Origin: Auanema rhodensis
Taxonomy: Eukaryota > Animalia > Nematoda
NCBI GenBank assembly: GCA_964057225.1
Contig: OZ059895.1
Span: 4,898,001-4,962,000 of the forward strand
Direction of reading: 5' to 3'
DNA: 64,000 nucleotides
Below the pieces are notes generated by a model. It saw only the letters and a program-made list of their open reading frames with translations, had not been told where the DNA came from and ran no database searches. The stretch's first letter is position 1. Each line of letters opens with the position of its first letter. Position numbers and translations under genes: made by a program. Shown piece by piece: positions 11,775 through 20,500 of this stretch.

Positions 11775-12468
11775 TCTGTGTTTCTCCCGCCTGAGGTGTG
11801 TAATATGATTCACCAGTGTCAGCGGGTTTTGCCTTTTTATTTATAGCTTTGGATTTGAATGTACGACGCGGAGAGGGTGAATATCGAACAACAGCCTTAC
11901 GATGACGTGGTGTTCTAGGTAATATATTAATAGTAGCATCCAAGTCTGTGACAGCCGATGTGGATGTAGGCACGGGATCAACTGAATCCTTGTTACTGAC
12001 GGCAGGCTCTACATTTTTTGCCTTCTTGTTAGGGCTAGAGACCCCATTACTGGCTAAGAATTTGGCTAATACTGAGAATCCATTGGGTTCCGTCTTTGTT
12101 TTATCCAGTACAAAATCCAAAATTTTTGTAATATTTGTGTTTGGTACGGGCTCATTATTAATCACAAGTTGGTTATTTTTGTTTGTACGCACCTCTGGAA
12201 ATCTTTCCCACAGATCGTTGTACTTTCGTGGCAGCTTGTATTCTGGCAATAATGGTGGATCAGCATTTTCCACTTGTACTGATATAGGCGCATCTATGCT
12301 TTCTCTATAGTTTTTGAGACGGGTAATCAAGTCTTCGTATAGTTCAGCCTTTTTATAATCGGGTATAGATTTATTCTCTCGTAAGAGCTTCAATTCAGCA
12401 TCAAACTTGTCTATATTCAGCGTTTCATCATCAACAGGGATTAGACGATATTTATGATTGAGTTTCAT
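11731..12468 (-). CDS. Maverick hypothetical protein, 245 aa, with basic C-terminus; possible core/DNA-binding protein
   Basis: Intact ORF in the ATPase-INT cluster. Contains RTPRHRK, RYSPSPRR and a C-terminal QNGKG-RKRF (protease-site-like). Confidence 0.7.
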   Translation of the reverse strand: MKLNHKYRLIPVDDETLNIDKFDAELKLLRENKSIPDYKKAELYEDLITRLKNYRESIDAPISVQVENADPPLLPEYKLPRKYNDLWERFPEVRTNKNNQLVINNEPVPNTNITKILDFVLDKTKTEPNGFSVLAKFLASNGVSSPNKKAKNVEPAVSNKDSVDPVPTSTSAVTDLDATINILPRTPRHRKAVVRYSPSPRRTFKSKAINKKAKPADTGESYYTPQAGETQNGKGRKRFYIRLWK

Positions 12469-12773
12469 CTTTTAAAACCAAAATAAGCAATTCCGCATGA
12501 AACTATTGTTTTCAATTGTTTGTGTGAAATCGTTGCCAATAAAGTTTTAGCCTTTTCGGGTGTGCGTATCAAAGCTATTTGACGTAATAATGAGGATATG
12601 GGCAAAAGGGTTTTATATTCCTTGTTAGTTAAGAGAAAATTATTATTTTTCACAATATTAAATACAATTTCAACAATAATTTCAATTTGTGAAAAAGAAA
12701 ATGAGGAAACAGAACAAGGGGTTTTGGCACAAGAAGATAAAAAGTTGTAATTTGACAAAATACGACCACTCAT
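12465..12773 (-). CDS. Small Maverick hypothetical protein, 102 aa
   Basis: Intact ORF between the ATPase and the 245-aa ORF, with an ATGA overlap. The IVEIVFNIV...LLRQIA pattern resembles a small helical protein often seen next to Polinton ATPases (recollection, not searched). Confidence 0.7.
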   Translation of the reverse strand: MSGRILSNYNFLSSCAKTPCSVSSFSFSQIEIIVEIVFNIVKNNNFLLTNKEYKTLLPISSLLRQIALIRTPEKAKTLLATISHKQLKTIVSCGIAYFGFKR

Positions 12774-12785
12774 TGAACATGCACA

Positions 12786-13433
12786 TTAAACACTGAATAT
12801 ATTTCTGGCTACATAAACAATAGGGTGCTCCGCTGTTATATCTGATAGTATACGCTGTTTCTCATTTGTTAAAGGATGGTTGTCAATGAGTAAATGATTA
12901 TAGGGTGTAGACATTGCATCATCATATGCTTCTAGAGCATTTTTAAAGCGGGGGCCAAATAATTGTTGCAGACAATTACGTATTTGTAATATATCCGAAT
13001 GACTTTTCATCAGTATTATATATGTACTATTAATTCGACTGGTCCTGTCTAGCTGAAATGCAGCTTGCACAAGATTAAACACTGCCAAATTCCAGTGATG
13101 TGCCCACACTGTAAAAATGTTGTTGAGTAATTCTTTAGCCGCTTTATTCGATGAGAAAAAATTCATCAAATCATCCAGCACTAGTATGGTGTTTACTCCC
13201 TTTTGCTCTTTTATTATATCCGGATCAGGTGGTCCTTGAATAACTATTAAACGCTCATCATTTAATGGAACACCTGACGATGCTCCACATTGACTGAACC
13301 AGAATATTCTATCAATGGGGACGTTGAAAAACTTTTCAGTATTTTCACATATACGTTTTATAAGGGTAGTTTTACCACATTGCGTTGCCCCTATTACAGT
13401 TGTCTGACTGGGTAGTTTGAAGCTGAAAACCAT
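12786..13433 (-). CDS. A32/FtsK-HerA family genome-packaging ATPase
   Basis: Walker A GATQCGKT, Walker B ILVLDD, FTVWAHH and TSRINSTYIIL motifs. First ATG at 13433. Confidence 0.93.
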   Translation of the reverse strand: MVFSFKLPSQTTVIGATQCGKTTLIKRICENTEKFFNVPIDRIFWFSQCGASSGVPLNDERLIVIQGPPDPDIIKEQKGVNTILVLDDLMNFFSSNKAAKELLNNIFTVWAHHWNLAVFNLVQAAFQLDRTSRINSTYIILMKSHSDILQIRNCLQQLFGPRFKNALEAYDDAMSTPYNHLLIDNHPLTNEKQRILSDITAEHPIVYVARNIFSV

Positions 13434-13512
13434 AATCAACCACTCGTAAATGTACCTATAATGCAAATGATTTCATTTATACTAGTGTGCACGCATCAGG
13501 TGGTGGTCTCTG

Positions 13513-14370
13513 ATGGATGACTTTTACATTACTTTGCCGTCATCAGTTGACTCTGAAAAAAGTAATACCTCATCAGTGTTTCTTACCAGGTTACCTGAAA
13601 CATTAAGGCTACGCAATAACAGATATTGCATTGGGCTGACAGACATAATCTTTCCGTGTTCGATATTAAATGTACAAGAAAATCTTTCTTATACACTACG
13701 TTTTTCCAACAGAAAGTTTATTCTGCACTTGCCCAAAGGTAACTATGCAAATGGTGATGAAATAATACGCGGAATCAATGCTGGAAAAGAACAATTTATT
13801 GCTAGCAGCACTAAACCTCTTGGAGCTGAGGAAGAAGCACGTATAAAGGGTTTGATAGATAAAGATGAAGATGTGAAAAAGTGGTATAATAATCGACAAG
13901 CTGAGGCTAAACTTGTCAAGGAAATGCTGGCAGACGCCACGTTTCGATTTAACAAAACACTACAACGCATAGAGTTTGTAACAAGTAAGCGGCTATTATT
14001 GAATGCAACACTCGGTGATGCTCTCGCATATTTTCTTGGCTTTGAGAATAAAATTATCAACGACACGTTAATAGCCAGGCGCCCCATTGATTTTTCAAAT
14101 AACATTAATACAATGTATATATATTGTGATATTGTAGAATATTCCATTCTCGGTAATGTGAAAGCTAATTTACTTGCATGTTTACCTGTACCACCTCCCA
14201 CCGAATTTGGTAAAATGATTGCCAAAACATTTAATCCTATTCGTTATGTACCAATCACTAAGCAAACACTCGATACTATACGTATTGAAATTTTAGATGA
14301 ATTTGGCCGCCCTATGCAATTTAATTATGGTTCTACAGTTGTTACATTACATGTTAAAAATGTGAAATAA
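13513..14370 (+). CDS. Minor capsid protein (penton, single jelly-roll; Polinton PX)
   Basis: N-terminal FYITLPSS...NTSSVF..LP and C-terminal MYIYCDIVE...RYVP...IRIEILDEFGRP...VTLH pattern typical of Polinton mCP. Confidence 0.85.
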   Translation: MDDFYITLPSSVDSEKSNTSSVFLTRLPETLRLRNNRYCIGLTDIIFPCSILNVQENLSYTLRFSNRKFILHLPKGNYANGDEIIRGINAGKEQFIASSTKPLGAEEEARIKGLIDKDEDVKKWYNNRQAEAKLVKEMLADATFRFNKTLQRIEFVTSKRLLLNATLGDALAYFLGFENKIINDTLIARRPIDFSNNINTMYIYCDIVEYSILGNVKANLLACLPVPPPTEFGKMIAKTFNPIRYVPITKQTLDTIRIEILDEFGRPMQFNYGSTVVTLHVKNVK

Positions 14371-14375
14371 ATGTT

Positions 14376-14840
14376 TTATTCAACAGTTATACAAGACCAC
14401 ATTACGATTTTCGAAGGTTTAAAAGGTAGTTCAGCGCCGTTTTGTTCGATGCGCGGCTCGTGTTGTGAATATTCTCGGTTACTATTGCAGCGGCATCGTT
14501 TTGGTTCGGTTGACTGTACAAACTCCTCAGTTTTTTCAGAGGGTTCGCTGGTATCATTTCCATCACCATCTTTACCATTCGTTCCATTACTATTATGAAG
14601 ACGCCGAATATGACGCTGACAATTGAATCTTGTTCCAAAAGTTTCACTACAATAAGGGCACAAACGTCTACGAACACCATCCAAATGTCCATATTTTTGA
14701 ATAAAGTCAGCATTGCTGATATAGCTGTTACATACGGGTTGAATCCCGTCATGTCTTTTTAATACGTGATCACTAAAATGCTTGGCTGATGAAAATATTT
14801 CCTTGCACGTAACACAATACTTGTTACATAAAAGTTCCAT
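14376..14840 (-). CDS. C2H2 zinc-finger protein (two fingers plus acidic tail), candidate transcription regulator
   Basis: CVTCKEIF...HFSDHVLKRH and CPYCSETFGTRFNCQRHIRRLH. First ATG at 14840. Confidence 0.75.
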   Translation of the reverse strand: MELLCNKYCVTCKEIFSSAKHFSDHVLKRHDGIQPVCNSYISNADFIQKYGHLDGVRRRLCPYCSETFGTRFNCQRHIRRLHNSNGTNGKDGDGNDTSEPSEKTEEFVQSTEPKRCRCNSNREYSQHEPRIEQNGAELPFKPSKIVMWSCITVE

Positions 14841-14881
14841 TAGAGGAAAATAAAAAACAACCACACACAGTCAACTCACTT

Positions 14882-15052
14882 TTATATAATGAGTGGAATA
14901 ATGACTAGTGTTGTACAAAAGCCTAGTCCCAGAGATATTCCTTTAATGAATGGCACTGAAATACGTTTCAAAATCTTTTTGTACAGGGGTGTTGGCACAG
15001 ATTGTTCCAACGTGTATCTTATACATAATTCACAGTGACAGGGAATATTCAT
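14882..15052 (-). CDS. Putative 56-aa tail-anchored membrane microprotein
   Basis: Manual translation MNIPCHCELCIRYTLEQSVPTPLYKKILKRISVPFIKGISLGLGFCTTLVIIPLII*. Fills the gap between PRO and the ZnF gene on the same strand. Below the ORF-track size cut-off. Confidence 0.45.
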   Translation of the reverse strand: MNIPCHCELCIRYTLEQSVPTPLYKKILKRISVPFIKGISLGLGFCTTLVIIPLII

Positions 15053-15098
15053 AACTGACCACCTAATGTAGCAGGTGACGTTTTAATGGCGAGGTTGA

Positions 15099-15554
15099 TC
15101 ATATGCTAGATAATTTATAGTCGAATACTTTATGCATAAACGCTTTAATAAAGACATCATCGTTTTGTAATAGTTTAAAAAATGAACAAATGCTTTCAAA
15201 TGTATTACCAGCTGACAACATTAGTATTACAAATATTGCATAACCACCACAAGTGTATTCAATTATGCGTTGTGGTTTGCAAGTATTAACCTTTACATTT
15301 TTATATTTGGCCAGATAATGACGAATGTACTTGTTCATTTTATACCCCAAGCTACAGAAAAAGTAGGCTTGATCATTACGTACAAAGATGACTTGCCAAT
15401 GTGTGCCCGGTTTATCGTGTGTGTCAGTATTTACAACAAGTGCAAAGTTCTTTCGACGTGTTTTGGGTAGAGTATCCGCGCTAAATACACCGAGGAATAG
15501 TTTTCGAGTGATGCGGACAGATCGCAATAGTGACGCTATTTCAGACGAATACAT
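15099..15554 (-). CDS. Adenain-like (clan CE) cysteine maturation protease
   Basis: FLGVFSAD, NTD..DKPGTHW (catalytic His), PQ (oxyanion Gln) and TCGGY (catalytic Cys). Confidence 0.9.
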   Translation of the reverse strand: MYSSEIASLLRSVRITRKLFLGVFSADTLPKTRRKNFALVVNTDTHDKPGTHWQVIFVRNDQAYFFCSLGYKMNKYIRHYLAKYKNVKVNTCKPQRIIEYTCGGYAIFVILMLSAGNTFESICSFFKLLQNDDVFIKAFMHKVFDYKLSSI

Positions 15555-15604
15555 TTAGTAAAATGATCTAGTGTAACTTTTGTATTGCGCACGTGCGGTT
15601 CAAT

Positions 15605-16057
15605 ATGCCACACCTCCTTCTAGACTTGAACTCAATTCAATGGACAACACTTTTGAATCAACAAATGGGTGGGGCGCCATTTAGTGGAATGATGTTTCAA
15701 CGTGGTATGCAGAGAGGTCATGGCCTGGGTGGTATACTGGCAACATTGGCATCGTTTTTACCACGCATTATTCAATCACCTATAGCCCAAAATCTCATCA
15801 ATGCTGGAAGGAATGCATTATCCAGTGCTGTAAGCAATAGTCCAGTTGTAAATTCACCTCTTGGCGGCCAGTTGCTAAAAACTAGCAATGAAATTGTTGA
15901 TGGGGTGCTCAAGGGCGATAATATCAAGCAAACTCTTAAAACAGCCGGCCGGCAGGCTATACGAGATCTTACCGGTTTGGGCAAGCGGCGACGACGCAAA
16001 ACCACAAAACCTCATAAGCGTCTGTGCATAACTCGTGAGCGGTCGTATCGTATTTAA
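15605..16057 (+). CDS. Virion membrane-lytic/core-like protein (adenovirus VI/X-like architecture)
   Basis: QMGG-A and QRGH-G sites followed by amphipathic GLGGILATLASFLPRII. C-terminal LTGL-G KRRRRK basic tail. Lies directly upstream of MCP. Confidence 0.7.
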   Translation: MPHLLLDLNSIQWTTLLNQQMGGAPFSGMMFQRGMQRGHGLGGILATLASFLPRIIQSPIAQNLINAGRNALSSAVSNSPVVNSPLGGQLLKTSNEIVDGVLKGDNIKQTLKTAGRQAIRDLTGLGKRRRRKTTKPHKRLCITRERSYRI

Positions 16058-17392
16058 ATGGCTAAATTGATAGATTCAAAATCAGCACAAGCACTTTTAC
16101 CTAATATTAATTATAGTGACATACCGGCGTCGGCATTAGGTGTTGAATCCACTCGTACTGTACAAGTTCCTTTAAAAAATACTTTTCTTCCTCAAGGACC
16201 ATGGGAATTTGTTATAGCCCAAAATTCCAAATCATTTCTTAATCTGAGAAGGTGTTGGTTGAATGTAAAATTCAAAATTGTAACCACAAACGGTGATCCA
16301 GTACCAGACAACCTTGTTTTTGCACCATGCCAACAATTTGCAGCCAGTTTGATACACTCGTATCATTTAAAAATTGGTGATGTTAGCGTGTATGACTCTA
16401 CCGTAAATCATGCCTACAAAACATATATTGAGAATATTCTAATGTATAGCAACGATGTTAAAGAGAGCAAACTTGCCATATCAGGCTATTATGCGGATAG
16501 ATATATAGATAATGCAGCCAGTCCTGGCTTTAGAGCGCGACAAGGGCTTGTTAAAAATGGCATATTGTGTGAGATGGCTGCTCCCATCAGTATCGACTTA
16601 TTCAATCAGGAACGACTGTTTGTAAACTATTCAAAAATGGAGCTAACTGCATATCCAAACCGTGATAATTTCTTAATTGACACACTTGGATGGAATAATG
16701 AAAGCAAGGATGCTGCAATGAAGGAGGAGTTTCCAAACCTGAAAATAGATATCAACGATGTGCACTTGCTTATTCAAGAGTTTGATCTAAACGCTGGATT
16801 AGCTATGGCTATAGAAGATAAACTTGTAAAGGAACGAATACACTACCCCATGACGTCAGTGAAAATGCGCTCTTATTTCATAGAAGGAGGCCGTTTGGAT
16901 TCACCCAATAACATATTATTCACGTCGCATACACCGAAACGTGTTGTAGTAGGTCTTGTCGGCGCACACGCCTATAATGGTACTTTTAAACATTCGCCAT
17001 TCAACTTTAAACCGTTTGAATTGAAAAATATATACTTGACGCTCAACAATCGGGTAATACCTACCCGCCCTTATAATTTAGAATGGCGTTCTTCCTATGC
17101 CACAGCATATATTGACATGTTGGAGGGTTTGGGTCTTGGTCGTACAGATTCATCCAATGGTATTACACCAGCAATGTATAAAACCGGCTTCACATTTTTT
17201 GTATTTGATATTTCACCGACTGTACACTCGTCCGAGTTATTTGATGTTATACGACAAGGTAATGTGGCCCTGAAATTGGAATTTGGTCAACAAACGCCGC
17301 AAGAGGGTTTATATGCTATTGTTTATGCAGAATATGACTCTATTCTTTCAATTGACAACAATCGTGCTCCATATATTGATACCAGTTTGTAA
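16058..17392 (+). CDS. Major capsid protein (double jelly-roll; Polinton PY), 444 aa
   Basis: Size, position and motifs GPWEF, P-KRVVVGLV, SPFNFKPF and FFVFD typical of Polinton MCP. Confidence 0.85.
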   Translation: MAKLIDSKSAQALLPNINYSDIPASALGVESTRTVQVPLKNTFLPQGPWEFVIAQNSKSFLNLRRCWLNVKFKIVTTNGDPVPDNLVFAPCQQFAASLIHSYHLKIGDVSVYDSTVNHAYKTYIENILMYSNDVKESKLAISGYYADRYIDNAASPGFRARQGLVKNGILCEMAAPISIDLFNQERLFVNYSKMELTAYPNRDNFLIDTLGWNNESKDAAMKEEFPNLKIDINDVHLLIQEFDLNAGLAMAIEDKLVKERIHYPMTSVKMRSYFIEGGRLDSPNNILFTSHTPKRVVVGLVGAHAYNGTFKHSPFNFKPFELKNIYLTLNNRVIPTRPYNLEWRSSYATAYIDMLEGLGLGRTDSSNGITPAMYKTGFTFFVFDISPTVHSSELFDVIRQGNVALKLEFGQQTPQEGLYAIVYAEYDSILSIDNNRAPYIDTSL

Positions 17393-17530
17393 TGTATGTA
17401 ATAAACTCTTTAAAACATTTGATGAGAAGAATAAAATTTATTAATACAACTATACATAAAAATCTATAAATACAACCATATACAAATATACACGCGATAA
17501 TAAAATTTATAAATTCAAATATATTAAAAA

Positions 17531-20500
17531 TTATTCACAATAACCATAGGGTAAAGTACTAAAATCGTCTAGATAACAAAGTTTATCCATTACGACCTTG
17601 GTACTCTTTGTCATGTCCATCGTGGATATGGCACCAAGCTGCCTCTTTAATAACGTTGTTTTGGTTTTTAAAACCAATTTTTCTCCATCCATCACGAGTC
17701 CTCGAACCAATCGCTCCATACTTTGATAGTTTACCACGGTGGCTGCCGTGTGGTCCAGCGTCTGTAATTTTAAAAAGTTTCTCAATAATATATTTTTATA
17801 CTTACCACTCCCTTTGCCTTGGTGATATACTTGACCTGACCAGCTGCATTTACTAGCTCATAACTATAAACTTTTGCAGCTGGTGAAACAAATTTGGTCA
17901 TTGACCAACCATCGGGTATTTCTGAGGTTAGTTTACCTAACCATTCACCCTTCATATCCTCAATTGGATCAGGCTGATCGAGGCATTTTAAATAAATTAG
18001 AGAATCGGTGTCTAAATGATGTACGTTTAAATTGTATACAAAGTATAAAATTACCTGTATACACCAAGTTCTTTCCAATTTTTTCCATTGCCTTATACAA
18101 TAGTAGCCTTGCATGAGCGGTTGTATAAGCCGCTATGGCTACATTTGTAAACGGCGCTGGTGCCAGGTGTGAGTCTTCTGGCACTGTTGTACAGTACGCC
18201 ACATCGTCCACAATTTTGAAGCCCGTGAGTTCCCTTGCAGGATCAGTTATGATCCTACCAATTTCAGGATCCTCAACACCAATAATCTTGGTTTGGGCTT
18301 TATCCGGTCTTTGACCCATTTTACCCCATACACTATAAACAAATTTGTAAATTTTTATTTTTAAAAGTTTACATACCTATTCAGCTGTAGTTTGGCAATG
18401 CTACGCATGGCCGCATTCTTTTCAATTTTGTTGCTCTCCAGAGCAACACCAGTGTTCTCCTCGTGCTCTTGGAGATATTTTAGCTGTAAAATTCTATTTA
18501 ATGCCATACTTTTCATGACACATACCTTTTCAGCCTCTGTCATATTTGGCTTAGGCCAGCCCGATGCCTCTTGCTTAATTTTTATGTACTTTTGTACAAA
18601 ATCCTTGAATAGGCCGCCTTGCTGCCATTCATCCCAGTGCCAAACCTCATAAACATGAAGCACTTTGTAGCCACGCTGTATGGCACATTCGAGCTCTACA
18701 TGCGTTACAGTCAGATGCAGCTTTCGAGCGTCTTCATCATCTTGGTGCGGGCATGTTACATTTTTGCCTCTGTTTGCACATGTGCGGCAGTTTGTAAAAA
18801 TTAATTTACCGCCTATGCGTGTTCCTAATACAGGATACAACAAATTTGTGGGTGCAAGCACGTCACATTTCACAAGGCCCTTGTATGGGCAGCATGCCTC
18901 AAAACTCTCAAAGCCCTCAGTAATCACTTTAGGATTACCCACAGGGTAATAGGCATCAAATGCCGTTACATATGGATAAAGTGAACAAAAGTCCACATAC
19001 TCTAGTGAGTATCTATCCGAAGCTTGGGCCAGAAGCTTATATGTTTGAGTTCGGCCGCCGGTGAAGGCATCTCGAGGTGCCAATCGAGTTACAACCTCAG
19101 TGTCCTTCATAAAATTTGCCATTTGCTCATTTGATGACATTTGAGCAGTAATTTCGTGTTCCCACACAGTGGTTACACTAATGCCCTGGCTTTGAATAGC
19201 CTCAAGCCTTTTCATGGTTTTTTCATAAACCTAAATGTTTCAGCTTTAAATGATTAAAAAAGTCACAATTACCTCTTCCATTGTTTCACCATTTCTGCCT
19301 GGTGCAATAGCAGTCTTGTTGGTGCACTGGGGGCAACCATGATAAATACAGCCATTAAACTACAAAATTTTATCATTTTTTACATTTATTACAAATTACT
19401 CACCTCATAGCCGTGATTAGCCACACTGTCATAAGCATCAAGTAGATAGCGTTGGCCATCTACTCGCACAACAAATTCACCACCATTAAGCTTATGCATT
19501 AATGGGCGGCCTAATCCGTGTTCTAGCCATTTAATGTATTTTATGGCAATTATACTCTGCTTCTGGCCGGCATAATAACCAGTCTCAGGCAGAATACCCA
19601 CTTGGTTCTCTTTAATGTGGTTCATTTTCAACTGTAATATACTAGTTTTGAAAATGCTTGTATTTTAAAAAACTTGCCTGGAATAAAGAGAAACTGGCAA
19701 ATGTCATACATTGTATGACAGGATTCCAGCCAGTGGTGGCGGTTGCCAACTTCATGTACACTTTCATACAGTTGGTTAAAATACGGACATCTGTCCTACA
19801 ATATTCCAGAAGCTCCTCATCAAAATCAAACACACTTTGATTACGCTCCTCATACCAAATATTGAATGAAGCTAGGTCTTCTGCTTTCATTCTAGCAGTA
19901 CAATAGTAATGCTTTGGTGGCAAGGATGGTAGCACTTTGCCATAATTTATTGGGTGGTTAAAGAGGTATGGGAATTGTCCTTTACTCATATCAGGTACAC
20001 CAAATGCCTTGGGTAACGCTGATAAGGGTAAAGGCACTAGTAAATAACTATCTTTAAAACATAAATGGTTAATGTTTTGACCTCTTAATGGCTTGACAAC
20101 CATGCTAATAATCTTGGTCCCATTTAAAATGGGGTCAGGATATATTCCACGGTTTATCAGCCTAGACACCAAGAAATGTATGTCAAAGCGCGACCCGTTG
20201 TGCGCAATCAAAATTGCATTATCATTCTCAGAAAAGTTGAGTAACCAATCAAGGAAACGATCTGTTACAGACCATTCACTATCACCTTGTTGGTACCCAA
20301 AATGGCCCTCCTTGGTTGTGCATTTCTCACAGGAATTGGCATCTATACAACTTTCACAAAATTTGTTATACACAACCATATTGGGCCATTGTTCATCTGC
20401 ATATTCATGAACATTTGTGCCGTTTTTTAACACAACTGTTTCAAAGTCATAAAATATAATCTTAAACAAGTAAGCATTACACTTGTAAAGATGTTAAATA

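Noticed and set aside
15552-16060. TAAATG at the PRO and MCP starts as a poxvirus-like late promoter
   Set aside because: Present at only two starts, one explained by the abutting stop codon, and expected by chance in AT-rich DNA.
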